DNA from: an uncultured Candidatus Binatia bacterium
GTDB taxonomy: Bacteria; Desulfobacterota; Binatia; Bin18
Length of the DNA: 64,000 nucleotides
Assembly (NCBI GenBank): GCA_965214605.1
Contig: OZ243961.1
Span: 3,648,001-3,712,000 of the forward strand
Reading direction: 5' to 3'
A program made the translations under genes and the position numbers. Below are positions 39,365-49,639 of the stretch, one piece after another. A model generated the notes under the pieces. That model was not told the origin of the DNA and did not search any database. It saw only the letters and a program-made list of their open reading frames with translations. Position 1 is the stretch's first letter; every line of letters starts with the position of its first letter.

Positions 39365-41677
39365 ATGGACACAGGCCCGCCGTCCGCCGCTCCGTCCCAG
39401 AAATCGCAGCATGCCAAACGCCGGCGAGTCCGGGAAGGCGGGCTGATTGTACTCGCCGGCCTCGCCGTTTTCCTGTTCGTCGTCTCTCAGGGATCGGTGC
39501 CCCAGCTCGTCAACCACAGCTTGGTCAGTAATATCGTCTTTGTTCTACTGATCAACCTCAATATCATTCTGCTCGTCCTCGTCGTTTTTCTGCTCGGCCG
39601 CCACGTGATCAAGCTCTTTTATGAGCGTCAGCAGAAGATACCGGGCGCGCATTTACGCTTTCGGCTGGTCCTGGCCTTTGTGGCGATTTCTCTGCTGCCT
39701 GCCTGCCTGCTGTTTTTGATCGGGATTGGTTTTGTTAATCAGTCTATTAACAACTGGTTTTCCGAAAAGATCGAAACCCCGCTGAGCCAAGCGGTCGACG
39801 TCGTCAATGCCTTCCACGATCACTTGACTGACGATGCGTTATTTCATGCTCAGAGGCTGGCCACCGAGGTGGTGTCCGAAGGGTTGCACGATGGGCAAAG
39901 CCAGGCGCTGGGGGACTTGGTCGAGCGCACCTCTCGGCGCTTTGAGCTGGGACGAATTTTGATCTTTGGTCCTACCCGGCACCTCTTGGCGAGCGCCTCG
40001 GAACCGGACCACGCCATTGGCGAGAACAACAAAAGGGACACCAAGCTGCTCGACCAGGTGTTCCAGAATACGGCCATTCCTCAGACCTACTCGGTGGGCC
40101 AGACCGAGGTCGTGCGCGGAGGGGCACCTATCCTGGACCGAGATGAGGTGATTGGAGCGGTCGTTGTCGAGTACTCGATGCCGCCTCACGTCGCCTGGCA
40201 GGAAATCCAGGTGGCGAAGGCCTCCCGGGAGTATCAGCAGCTTAGAATTCTCAAGCAGCCGATCAAGAACAATTATTTGATCACCATGTTTCTGGTGACA
40301 CTAGTGGCAGTCTTTTCCGCGATTTGGCTGGGTTTCTTTTTGTCCAAAAAGATCACCATCCCGCTCCAACAGCTGGCCGCGGCAACTCGTGAGGTAGCCC
40401 AGGGCCACTGGAGCCATCGGCTTGAGGGCGAGGGCGAGGATGAGGTCGGAACCCTGGTGGCCGCCTTTAACCGGATGACAACCGACTTACAGCAGAGCCA
40501 TCAAGAGCTGGAAGCCCGGCGGCGCTATATGGAAATCTTGCTCGCCAATATGAACGCCGGGGTCGTATCTTTAGATCGGACCGGTATGGTCTCGACGCTG
40601 AATCGGGCCGCCGAGCAGCTGCTGGGGGTGGCCGCCGAGGGGGTAGTTGAGCGGGACTACCACAACGTGTTTGGGTCGGCCGAGTTTGCTGAACTGCGGC
40701 GGATGATCGGGAACTTGCTGACCGAGTCACTCAGCGAGCCAAGCGCTGGAGACGAGGGGAGGCCCGAGAGCCAGGGGCAACTGCGCCTGCTGCGTGACGG
40801 CCAAGCCCTGACCCTATTAGTAACGACCGCGCCTCTGACTGATGAGCGCGGAGAAGTGTTAGGCGGGGTGTGCTTTTTTGAGGATGTGACCCAGATCATC
40901 CGGGCCGAACGTATGGAAGCCTGGCGTGAAGTGGCGTGCCGGATTGCTCACGAAATCAAAAATCCGCTGACCCCAATTCAGCTTGCCGCCCAGCGCTTGC
41001 ACCGGCGGTTTGCGCCGCAGTTGTCCGATTCCCAAGGCGTGTTCGAAGAATGTGTCCAGAGCATCGCCCATGAGGTTGATACGATTAAACGGCTGGTCAA
41101 CGAGTTTTCGACCTTTGCCCGTTTACCGACCGCTGAGTACCAGCCGGAGGATCTGAACACGCTGATCCAAGAGGTGATTATCATCTTTTCCGAGGCGCAT
41201 CGAGATCTGGATTTCATCTTGTCCTACGACCCTGATCTGCCGCTGCTTGATCTCGACCGAGAGGGTATCAAACGGGCTGTACGCAATCTGCTGGATAATG
41301 CCGTGGCTGCCTGCCAGACCTCGGTCAACGGCAGGGCCAATGGCCCGTTGGGTCAGATTGGAGTGGCGACCCGCTTTTTCCGTTCGGTCGGCATCGTTCG
41401 ACTTGAGGTGACCGATACTGGCTGCGGTATTCCGGCCCAGATCAAGGATCGCTTGTTCGAGCCCTATTTTTCGACCAAAAAAGAAGGAACGGGCCTAGGG
41501 TTGGCGATTGTGGCTACGGTGGTGGCTGATCATCAGGCTTTTCTGCGCGTGCGGGATAATACCCCTCACGGAAGTCGCTTTATTATTGAGCTGCCGGTCC
41601 GACGGCGGGGGCAGCTGAGCACGGATCTGGTCAGGGCGACGCCACCGCAGCCAACCGCAAACGGTCGATATAGCTAG
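39365..41677 (+). CDS. ntrY: NtrY-type membrane sensor histidine kinase (TM-HAMP-PAS-HisKA-HATPase)
   Basis: HAMP DEVGTLVAAFNRM, PAS, H-box AWREVACRIAHEIKNPLTPIQL, NLLDNA, DTGCGI, FEPYFSTK, GTGLGL. Confidence 0.88.
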   Translation: MDTGPPSAAPSQKSQHAKRRRVREGGLIVLAGLAVFLFVVSQGSVPQLVNHSLVSNIVFVLLINLNIILLVLVVFLLGRHVIKLFYERQQKIPGAHLRFRLVLAFVAISLLPACLLFLIGIGFVNQSINNWFSEKIETPLSQAVDVVNAFHDHLTDDALFHAQRLATEVVSEGLHDGQSQALGDLVERTSRRFELGRILIFGPTRHLLASASEPDHAIGENNKRDTKLLDQVFQNTAIPQTYSVGQTEVVRGGAPILDRDEVIGAVVVEYSMPPHVAWQEIQVAKASREYQQLRILKQPIKNNYLITMFLVTLVAVFSAIWLGFFLSKKITIPLQQLAAATREVAQGHWSHRLEGEGEDEVGTLVAAFNRMTTDLQQSHQELEARRRYMEILLANMNAGVVSLDRTGMVSTLNRAAEQLLGVAAEGVVERDYHNVFGSAEFAELRRMIGNLLTESLSEPSAGDEGRPESQGQLRLLRDGQALTLLVTTAPLTDERGEVLGGVCFFEDVTQIIRAERMEAWREVACRIAHEIKNPLTPIQLAAQRLHRRFAPQLSDSQGVFEECVQSIAHEVDTIKRLVNEFSTFARLPTAEYQPEDLNTLIQEVIIIFSEAHRDLDFILSYDPDLPLLDLDREGIKRAVRNLLDNAVAACQTSVNGRANGPLGQIGVATRFFRSVGIVRLEVTDTGCGIPAQIKDRLFEPYFSTKKEGTGLGLAIVATVVADHQAFLRVRDNTPHGSRFIIELPVRRRGQLSTDLVRATPPQPTANGRYS

Positions 41678-41687
41678 TGAGGACGGT

Positions 41688-43007
41688 ATGAACGATACCA
41701 TTCTAGTGGTTGATGATGAGGAAAAGATTCGGACGACCTTACGCGGGATTCTGAGCGATGAGGGATTCCAGGTCTTGGACACCGGAGACAGTGCCCAAGT
41801 CCTCGATCTAATCCGCACCCGCCAACCCCGGCTGGTCATTCTTGATATTTGGATGCCGCAGCTCGACGGCATTAGCCTGCTCGAACAACTCAAAGCCCAG
41901 CAACCGAAACTACCGGTCATTGTCATTTCCGGCCACGGCACAATTGAGACAGCGGTCCGGGCGACCAAGCTGGGAGCGACTGATTTTATTGAGAAACCGT
42001 TTTCGCTCGAAGCCCTCCTCCGCTCGGTGTATCGGGCGATTGGACGCGAGGCGGCTGACCACACCGCCCAAGGAGGACATCGCGCTTCGCCGCCCAACCG
42101 TCAGGCTGTAGTGGGGCCGCGCGAGTGTGTCCAGGCTCAGACAATTGGACGCAGCGTTGTGCTGCGTGGTCAGGGATTGCACTCTGGCGTGCGCACTGGG
42201 GTGATCCTGCAACCGCTGCCACCCGGCAGTGGAATCGTGTTCGGATCCCTATCGACCGGTGTGGTAATTCCGGCCTCAGTCGACTATATCAGCTCGACCG
42301 GCTATGCGACGAGTTTGTACCGGGACGGCGCTATGGCCCGTACGATTGAACATCTCATGGCGGCCCTGCACGGCTACGGTATCACTAATCTGATGATCAA
42401 GATGCAGGATGAAATCCCGATTCTGGACGGATCGGCGCGCGAGTTTTGTCAGGTACTTGACGAAGCCGGGATTGTCGAGCAGGACGAGACAGTTGAGCTC
42501 ATTACGGTCGATCGGCCGTATCAGGTGGGCGACGGAGGGGGTGACAAGGAGCTGCGCATTGAGCCGGCCGATCATTTTTCGGTCCGCTATATTCTGGACT
42601 ATCCCCCACCGGTCGGTCGTCAGGAACACTGCTATGTGCATCGGGGAGCCGAGAGCTTTGGCGCCGAAATTGCCCCGGCCCGAACCTTTGGCTTTTTGAA
42701 AGAGGTCCAAGCGCTGGAGCAGATGGGCCTGGCCAACGGTGGACGGCTTGACAACTGTATTTTGATAGGCGATCAGGGCGTGATTAATCCACCTCTGCGT
42801 TTTGATGACGAACTCGCCCGCCACAAAGTCTTGGATCTGGTCGGTGATCTGTACCTGTTAGGGCGACCGTTACGGGGGAAAGTGACGGCTAATCGGACCG
42901 GTCACAGCGATAATGTTGCCCTAGTCCGGGCCTTACGGCTGGGATTGCAAGCCAAAAAGCTCGGGGGAGAGCATTTGTCTATGAGAGGTGTGGAAAAACA
43001 GCTATGA
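41688..43007 (+). CDS. lpxC: Receiver (NtrX-like) domain fused to UDP-3-O-acyl-GlcNAc deacetylase LpxC
   Basis: REC: VVDDE, LDIWMP, ISGHG, FIEKP; LpxC: GLHSG, TIEHLMAAL, PILDGSA, ARTFGF, RHKVLDLVGDL, TGH; one uninterrupted ORF. Confidence 0.92.
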   Translation: MNDTILVVDDEEKIRTTLRGILSDEGFQVLDTGDSAQVLDLIRTRQPRLVILDIWMPQLDGISLLEQLKAQQPKLPVIVISGHGTIETAVRATKLGATDFIEKPFSLEALLRSVYRAIGREAADHTAQGGHRASPPNRQAVVGPRECVQAQTIGRSVVLRGQGLHSGVRTGVILQPLPPGSGIVFGSLSTGVVIPASVDYISSTGYATSLYRDGAMARTIEHLMAALHGYGITNLMIKMQDEIPILDGSAREFCQVLDEAGIVEQDETVELITVDRPYQVGDGGGDKELRIEPADHFSVRYILDYPPPVGRQEHCYVHRGAESFGAEIAPARTFGFLKEVQALEQMGLANGGRLDNCILIGDQGVINPPLRFDDELARHKVLDLVGDLYLLGRPLRGKVTANRTGHSDNVALVRALRLGLQAKKLGGEHLSMRGVEKQL

Positions 43008-43014
43008 TGAAAGA

Positions 43015-44001
43015 ATGATTAAACGCTGGCTCTGCCTGAGTCTCCTTTTTGCTGTTGGACTCGTGGCTGACGGCCTTGGCCAGAGCCCTCCGTCCTCCGT
43101 CCAACTCGCCCAACTCAAACAGGTTCGTGACCGTCTGCTCTCGGTTATCCCTAATCCCCCCCAGTTTGAACTCCTGGTGTTCGACAACCCATCCATCAAC
43201 GCTGGGGCCACCTCTGGTCGGCTCCTTTTCTCGACCGGCATGCTCAACTTTGTGCGCTCAGACGACGAACTCGCCGTGATTGTCGGCCACGAGATCGCCC
43301 ATCTCACCCAGGGACATGTGGTCCAGGGGAGGCTCAGGTCCATCCTGCTCAGCTTGGCCAGCCAGCTAGTCGATAACGTCTATCCGGGCGTCGGGGTGCT
43401 GACCGGTCAGATCGGTCGGCTGTTTCTTAACCACTATGACCAGCGCCAGGAGCACGAGGCCGATGCGGTCGGCCTGCGCTATGCGTTTGACGCCGGCTAT
43501 GATCCCTGGGCCGGGGCTGAGGTCATGCGTCGTCTGGCCCGTGAGGTGCCGAAAACGGCCACCGCCAACTTTTTTTCGTCCCATCCGTCCTCTCCAGAAC
43601 GGGCCAACACACTCCAACGGCTCGCCGCCCGGCTGACCGCCCAAGCTTCCGCTTCCCCGCCCACACAAGCTCCCGGCCCGGCCGCTGATTTGGCGGCCTT
43701 GTCACGGTCGCCAAATCAGCAGGTAAGGTCTCGGTTCGGACGTGACAAGGAGTCTTGCCTTCGGGCGCGATCCTACTTCCAGCGCGCCTCAGACACCCAC
43801 GCCTTAGACCAAAAAGTGCAACTCTACCACCGGGGCTTACGCCTGTGTCCGCAGAGCCCACGGGCACGTTTTGAGTTGGCCGAGGTGTATGCCCGTCTGG
43901 GACAGCTCAAGCCCGCGGCCGATGAGCTCCGGGCGGTGTTGAGTTACGATCCGTTTTATCCTGGCGTCCGTCAGCGCTTGCGCAGCCTGCAGGAGCGCTG
44001 A
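43015..44001 (+). CDS. Exported M48 family metalloprotease with C-terminal TPR (BepA-like)
   Basis: Signal peptide, INA, ELAVIVGHEIAH, EHEAD, AGYDP, SSHP, then TPR-like helices. Confidence 0.88.
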   Translation: MIKRWLCLSLLFAVGLVADGLGQSPPSSVQLAQLKQVRDRLLSVIPNPPQFELLVFDNPSINAGATSGRLLFSTGMLNFVRSDDELAVIVGHEIAHLTQGHVVQGRLRSILLSLASQLVDNVYPGVGVLTGQIGRLFLNHYDQRQEHEADAVGLRYAFDAGYDPWAGAEVMRRLAREVPKTATANFFSSHPSSPERANTLQRLAARLTAQASASPPTQAPGPAADLAALSRSPNQQVRSRFGRDKESCLRARSYFQRASDTHALDQKVQLYHRGLRLCPQSPRARFELAEVYARLGQLKPAADELRAVLSYDPFYPGVRQRLRSLQER

Positions 44002-44685
44002 CGGTATCCCTTGAACTCAGCGGTGTTTTCCGACGGTGACAATCTCGCTGACGATCTCCGAGAGAGATGCGGTCGGTGTGGCCGGCTGCTGCACCAGACG
44101 GAATAGACTTGACTCGCGCTGAAAAAATCTCTCGGTCTGGCAGGATCCGGGCAATCCGAGGTAGGTGTGTAATCGAAGGGGTGACAAACCTCGTGTAGGA
44201 GGGGGCGAAGGTGCGAAAGGCCACTCCCTAGCCTCGTTTGGCGGTCTGCATCCAGATCTGGAATCCTTACGGCTGCCATTGTTGTACTGAGTGTATAGAC
44301 CGTGTAGCTTACTGCGCTGATTCCGAGGAATGGGATCCCCCGGACTTGTACCCGTACGCTGCGAACGGTGAGTTGACAGCAGATCTGATTCACAATACGC
44401 CGCTCCTCCCCACCTAGGACACTGACCAGAGTCTCCACCACGTCTAACAAGTGCAGGGGAGGTGTCGAGCTTGATCGGGGTGATGACACGATACTGCGAT
44501 CGTACATTCGTTTCTGACATGGATTCTTGACCAGCCAGTCCCGCATCCTCACCTCTCTGACAGACGACTATTGTGGCCCGGACAAACGAAGACTACAAGG
44601 CGGCCGCAAAGAGCTTTCTCTTTTCTTCTAGACTGAGATAGCGTATGGTGAAGGCTCATTTCGCAACTCACACACAGGAAGCGTC

Positions 44686-45168
44686 ATGCGATCTCTCGTC
44701 AGATGGTGGGGCAGTGCAGTTCTGATTATGTTGGTAGTCGGCACGCCTGTACGAGTCGCCGCGTGTTTTGCCGATTTCTTCCAGCAGCAGAAAGTCGGTC
44801 AGGAAATGACGCTGACCGGGGAGTTTTACCGTTTTCCCCAGACGCGTCGATTTTTTCGGCGCGATTATAAGACCCGCCGAGTTGACTATTTTACCTTTTT
44901 TAGCGTAGCAGTCGTGCCGACCACGATTATCGGCAACGGGGCCATGTCGCAGGAGGCGAGGCCAATCGATTCCTTGCTGTTGCTGTTCCCCGCTGAGGAA
45001 CTCGTCCGAGACCTGCCACAGACGGGTGATAAGATTTGGTTCACCGGAACACTACTCGGCTATCAATACGGCTCAAGCGGCATTACCGAAGCCTTCGGTA
45101 TCGGCGGTATGCCCTATATTTTGCTCAAGCGCTTCTCTGACCAAGCCCCGGACTCTCTCAACCGCTAA
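44686..45168 (+). CDS. Exported hypothetical protein
   Basis: ATG after AGGA, signal-peptide-like N-terminus; possible OB-fold-like GDKIWFTGTL segment. Confidence 0.65.
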   Translation: MRSLVRWWGSAVLIMLVVGTPVRVAACFADFFQQQKVGQEMTLTGEFYRFPQTRRFFRRDYKTRRVDYFTFFSVAVVPTTIIGNGAMSQEARPIDSLLLLFPAEELVRDLPQTGDKIWFTGTLLGYQYGSSGITEAFGIGGMPYILLKRFSDQAPDSLNR

Positions 45169-45212
45169 TCGGCCTTGCCAAGACCCAAAAAAATCTGCAC
45201 GGTCATAGGATT

Positions 45213-46985
45213 ATGACTTGGGATGCGTGGTTTACTCTGGCGGTCGTGGTCGTCGGTATTGGGGCCTTGATTCGGGACTTGTTGGCCCCGGATCTGATCT
45301 TTGTGGGCATGCTGGCCGTCTTGCTAGTGAGCGGTATTCTCTCGCCGCAGGAGGCGTTTGCCGGTTTTTCAAACCCGGAAATTTTGGCCATCGGCGCCTT
45401 ATTTGTGGTTGCCGGGGCGCTCCGCCATACTGGCGCCCTGAGCTTTGTAGCGACTCGCCTGTTTGGCCAGATTACCAGCGACCGACGTGCCCTGTTGCGC
45501 ATGATGCTGCCCACCGCCGGGATCTCCGCCTTTCTAAACAACACCCCGATTGTGGCAATGTTCACGCCGGTTGTGTTTGACTGGGCGCGCCGCCACCACG
45601 TGTCGCCGTCGCGCTTTCTCATTCCGCTGTCCTACGCGACGATTTTGGGCGGGGCGTGTACCCTGATCGGGACGTCTACCAACATGGTGGTCAACGGCTT
45701 GATGGTCAGCGCCGGCCAGCCGGGCATGTCCTTCTTTGAGCTAAGCGCGGTCGGGGTTCCATGTGCTCTGGTCGGCGTGGGTTTTCTGGTCATTGCTGGG
45801 CGTGTTCTGCTGCCCGATCGCAAGGAGCTGCTGGAGAGTCTCGGCGAAACGAGTCGTGAGTATCTGGTTGAACTCGAGGTGACGGCTGAGTGCCCTTTGG
45901 TCGGCCGACCGATCGAAGAGGCTGGGCTGCGCCACCTGCCCGGCCTGTTTCTGGTCCGTATCGAACGGCTTGAGGAAACCGTCTCCCCGGTCGGGCCGCA
46001 AGAACGTATCCGGGTCGCTGACCGGTTAGTCTTCACCGGAGTCGTGTCGACGATTGTCGATCTGCAAAAGATCCGGGGACTGGTACCAGCCGGGGATCAC
46101 CGCGAAGGAGCCGAACGCGTCGGCGAGGGCAATAATCTGAGCGAAGCGGTTGTTTCTGAGGAGTCGCCGCTCAACGGGGTGACAATTCGGGATGCCAATT
46201 TCCGCACCCGCTACGGTGCGGCCGTGGTTGCCGTGCATCGTGGGGGACGCCGGCTGAGTGGAAAAATCGGCGATATTTTGCTCCGCGCGGGAGACACCTT
46301 GTTACTCGAAGCCTCGGCCGGTTTTGCCCGTACCTACCGGAATTCGGCTGACTTTTATCTGGTGTCTGAGGTCGATAATAGCGCGCCGCCACGTTACGAT
46401 AAAGCTATTCCGGCCCTGCTCGCCCTGCTCGCCCTCATCTCTACTGTGGCCATGGGAGTGCTGCCGATGATAACGGCGGCGCTGCTGGCCGCGTTTATCG
46501 TTATCGCGTGCGGCTGTCTGTCCGTGGGGGAGACCCGCAGTGCTGTCGATGTCTCGGTGTTGATTCTGATTGCCGCCGCATTCGGGGTCGGCAAAGCGCT
46601 GGATAAGACAGGGGTGGCTGGATTTTTGGCTTTATTCTTGATCGACCTCGGCGATGGGCTGGGGCTAGTGGGAGTGCTGGCGTTGGTCTATCTGGTCACC
46701 CTACTCTTCACCGAATGTATCTCCCACGCCCCGGCAGCGGTCCTGATGTTCCCCATTGCGCTTGAGACCGCCCAGCAGTTTGGAGTCGATATGCGGCCGT
46801 TTGCGATTACGATTGCGATCGCCGCCTCGGCCGCGTTTGCCTCGCCGCTCAGCTATCAGACCCATCTCATGGTCTATGGACCAGGGGGCTATCGCTTTGC
46901 CGATTTTCTGAAAATCGGTATTCCCCTTGACCTGTTAATCTTCACCGTAGCCATGATTTGTATTCCGTGGGCCTGGCCATTCTGA
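45213..46985 (+). CDS. SLC13-family permease with two TrkA-C domains
   Basis: SAFLNNTP, LIGTSTN, central TrkA-C repeats, SPLSYQTHLMVYGPGGYRFADF. Confidence 0.92.
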   Translation: MTWDAWFTLAVVVVGIGALIRDLLAPDLIFVGMLAVLLVSGILSPQEAFAGFSNPEILAIGALFVVAGALRHTGALSFVATRLFGQITSDRRALLRMMLPTAGISAFLNNTPIVAMFTPVVFDWARRHHVSPSRFLIPLSYATILGGACTLIGTSTNMVVNGLMVSAGQPGMSFFELSAVGVPCALVGVGFLVIAGRVLLPDRKELLESLGETSREYLVELEVTAECPLVGRPIEEAGLRHLPGLFLVRIERLEETVSPVGPQERIRVADRLVFTGVVSTIVDLQKIRGLVPAGDHREGAERVGEGNNLSEAVVSEESPLNGVTIRDANFRTRYGAAVVAVHRGGRRLSGKIGDILLRAGDTLLLEASAGFARTYRNSADFYLVSEVDNSAPPRYDKAIPALLALLALISTVAMGVLPMITAALLAAFIVIACGCLSVGETRSAVDVSVLILIAAAFGVGKALDKTGVAGFLALFLIDLGDGLGLVGVLALVYLVTLLFTECISHAPAAVLMFPIALETAQQFGVDMRPFAITIAIAASAAFASPLSYQTHLMVYGPGGYRFADFLKIGIPLDLLIFTVAMICIPWAWPF

Positions 46986-47017
46986 GCCGAGACCTGCCTT
47001 CGGCACCCCACGGTCCG

Positions 47018-48154
47018 CTAACTGAAGCGCGGCATGACTTTTTCGGCAAAGATCTCAAAACTGCGCAACACCATATCATGGGGTAAAAGGCCGTCGCCAA
47101 TTAAGAAGAACATTTCGTCGGTACCAATTTTTGCCGCCAGCTCGATTTTCCGTGACACACTGTCCGCGTCACCGATCAGCGGCTCTGCCACACCTAGCCC
47201 GAACGGAATGCCCCATTTTTCCCAGAACCAGCGGGTATCTTTGAGGGCGCGCTCGGTGTGCTCTGCGTTGTCCGTCACCACCAGCTGTCCTCCTAGGGCG
47301 AGTTCGGTGCCGGGAGTGACGGTGCGACCCGCCTTATCAGCCTCCTCACGATAGATGCTCTGCAGTCGAGCGCACAGTTCTTCGTGCAAGAGAATAATAA
47401 TCGGTTTGCCGCCCTCGCGGGCCCAGTAGCGAATCGACTCGGTATTATGGGTAAAACCGGCGTACAGTGGGGGATAGGGCTTTTGGTAGGGACGCGGAGC
47501 AATACCGACCTGTTCGATGATCATATCTTGTGTTACCCCGGCGCCGTACTGGCTATAGGCCTCCATAGGATGGGGATTCCTGGCCCCCTGAGGCGGGAAC
47601 TGCCAAAACTCTCCCCGGTGGCAGAAGGTGTCGTGCGTCCAGGCTTTCTTAATAATCTCCACGCCTTCTTCAAACACTCGTCGGTTGAGCAGATCAGAGG
47701 CCTGTTTTTTATTCCAGTGTCCGACCGCCTCGACGCCGGGCCGGGTGGCATAGTTCTGGACCCAGCGCGCCTGATAACCGCGTACGAAGGCGACGTTGAG
47801 TCGACCTTGGAGCATATGATCCATCATTGCCACATCCTCGGCCACCCGTAGTGGATTATGGGTGTTGAGCACATAGCCCAGCACGTCTACGCGTAAACGC
47901 TCGGAATGCTGGCCGATGAACATACTCAGCAGACCGGGGCTGCCGGTCGCTTCCATCCCCTCGATCTGTAAGTGATGCTCGGGATGGCCAAAGCCGGCAA
48001 AGCCGGCCTGGTCACAGAACTGGACGTAGTCCTTGAGATTGGTCAGCATGCGCTGATACAGAACCGGATTTTTTCCGGCCATACCGACCTCCAGCTCTTT
48101 ACGGGTTCCAACTGTACCATACGCAATAGCGTGAAATTTCATCATGTTCCTCAA
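47018..48154 (-). CDS. LLM-class (luciferase-like) flavin-dependent oxidoreductase
   Basis: HPEHH, NPLRVAEDVAMMDHMLQGRL, PRPYQKPYPP, FAEKVMPRF. Confidence 0.88.
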   Translation of the reverse strand: MRNMMKFHAIAYGTVGTRKELEVGMAGKNPVLYQRMLTNLKDYVQFCDQAGFAGFGHPEHHLQIEGMEATGSPGLLSMFIGQHSERLRVDVLGYVLNTHNPLRVAEDVAMMDHMLQGRLNVAFVRGYQARWVQNYATRPGVEAVGHWNKKQASDLLNRRVFEEGVEIIKKAWTHDTFCHRGEFWQFPPQGARNPHPMEAYSQYGAGVTQDMIIEQVGIAPRPYQKPYPPLYAGFTHNTESIRYWAREGGKPIIILLHEELCARLQSIYREEADKAGRTVTPGTELALGGQLVVTDNAEHTERALKDTRWFWEKWGIPFGLGVAEPLIGDADSVSRKIELAAKIGTDEMFFLIGDGLLPHDMVLRSFEIFAEKVMPRFS

Positions 48155-48359
48155 GAATAGTCGCTAGCGCCTCAGCTAAATTCTCGCGTGCAGTGTTCTT
48201 GGTTTTGTCCGGCCTGTTTGCTCCGGGAAGTGCAGGGCAGTATACCATTCCTCGCCCTACTCGATAATCGTACCGATCTCATTTTTTCTCGTAGCAATCT
48301 CCTAAACCAGAGCGCTGAGACGGCCTTTCCCTCATCTGCACGGAGAATCGATCCCGGTC

Positions 48360-48739
48360 TTCCCCTGGAAGCCGTGCCACTGCTCTCGAAGCGCATACGG
48401 TTATATGTGTCTCTGACACCGACCACGTCAGAGATATGGATAATCGTCTCGAACGCTTCTCGCTGGACGAAGAAGCAGCGGGCCTCTCCGTCGCGCCGCC
48501 GTCGGTCTGCTCCGGCAAGTCGGGTTCCCCGGACCTGTCAGTTGAGCGGGCTGTGACTTGCCGGGCTTGTGCCCGCATTGGTCGCTCTCAAGGAACGTCT
48601 GGTGCCAAAGCTCGGGCCCTCACTGGCGGCATCAGCTTCTCGACACTCCTCTCCCGCGGAGCCTCATCCGCCGAGAACCAGCGAAGCTCCAGGTAATCGT
48701 AGAGGGGGGAGAAGCGGGGGAGTCGGGATGGAGCGCCGT
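48360..48739 (-). pseudogene. N-terminal remnant of a type III-like restriction (Res) helicase gene
   Basis: Frameshifted fragments (ACG)ALHPDSPASP / LRWFSADEAPRERSVEKLMPP / EPDLPEQTDG / FFVQREAFETII..DVVGVRDTYNRMRFESSG recall the N-terminus of Res-type DEAD helicases; recognised from memory. Confidence 0.6.
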
Positions 48740-48740
48740 G

Positions 48741-49277
48741 TCAGCGGCTCAACAACCGCTTGTTCGCCGTTAGTATAGATATTCCTTGTCCGTCGAAATC
48801 GCCGTCATCGGTGATCAGCTTTAAGCCCCGGCTGTTACACAGCTCCCGAATAACTTGGTCATTAAAGTCAGCGCGCCCCTCTGTGTACTCGCTCATCAAG
48901 CCAGCTACGTTCAACATTTCAAAGCAGTTTTCAATCCGCGCACAATGGCGCAGCACTCGCTTGATGTTGTCGGCTATTTCTTGAGCGATCGGCTTGAAGC
49001 CTGGGCTGTTGCGGAACTCCTTGAACTTCTTCGTGGAGGCAACGAGCCGCCACTGCTGTCGGGTATAAGCGTTAATAAATTCCGAGACGACGAGGACATC
49101 GATGTAGATATGGCTGCCCGCTTCCAGGATGCGACGAAACGCTGAGGAATACGTGGACATTTTGGGGTTGGTGGGGCGCTGTGGGCCGTAGATAAACAAC
49201 CAGATATTGGCGTCCAGAAATAATTCATCGTCAGACGTGAACTTGTAACCTCCGACATGCGCAACGTCATGCGTCAT
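48741..49277 (-). CDS. PIN-domain (VapC-like) ribonuclease
   Basis: Acidic active-site pattern FLDANIW, VSEF, DFND, ITDDGDF; ATG 49277 overlaps the upstream gene end. Confidence 0.85.
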   Translation of the reverse strand: MTHDVAHVGGYKFTSDDELFLDANIWLFIYGPQRPTNPKMSTYSSAFRRILEAGSHIYIDVLVVSEFINAYTRQQWRLVASTKKFKEFRNSPGFKPIAQEIADNIKRVLRHCARIENCFEMLNVAGLMSEYTEGRADFNDQVIRELCNSRGLKLITDDGDFDGQGISILTANKRLLSR

Positions 49278-49632
49278 CGCCGTTGTCCTCAAGCACTTCC
49301 CGCACCGCGTTATCGAATCTCTCCGGGTCTTGAAAGTATCGCTTGGCTGTCTCGACAACCCGCCTTAACAGGACGACATCATCAGATTCCATGTCTTCTA
49401 CCTTCAGCAAGGTGCGAATCTTATTTTCGTCGAATTCACTGTATAATTGACCGATCGCCGTGTTGAGAAATGCCGACGTCAGTGTGGACACGTTCCGGAA
49501 CGAGAGCGAGACGCGCCGGTTCTGTCTCAGTACAGCGACGATGCGATCGTATACTTTTTGTCCGTCGCTCGACGCGACGCATAAGGGGCTGCCGACGATC
49601 CCGAATATGGATATCGCAATGTCTGTGCTCAT
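49267..49632 (-). CDS. STAS-like (DUF4325-type) protein
   Basis: ~120 aa; DGQKVY, VSLSFRNVSTLTSAFLNTAIGQL with candidate phospho-Ser. Confidence 0.82.
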   Translation of the reverse strand: MSTDIAISIFGIVGSPLCVASSDGQKVYDRIVAVLRQNRRVSLSFRNVSTLTSAFLNTAIGQLYSEFDENKIRTLLKVEDMESDDVVLLRRVVETAKRYFQDPERFDNAVREVLEDNGDDA

Positions 49633-49639
49633 AGGGGCC

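Noticed and set aside
43971-44552. Minus-strand ORFs of 193 and 167 aa
   Set aside because: No motif and conflicting frames; may be a remnant but cannot be assigned
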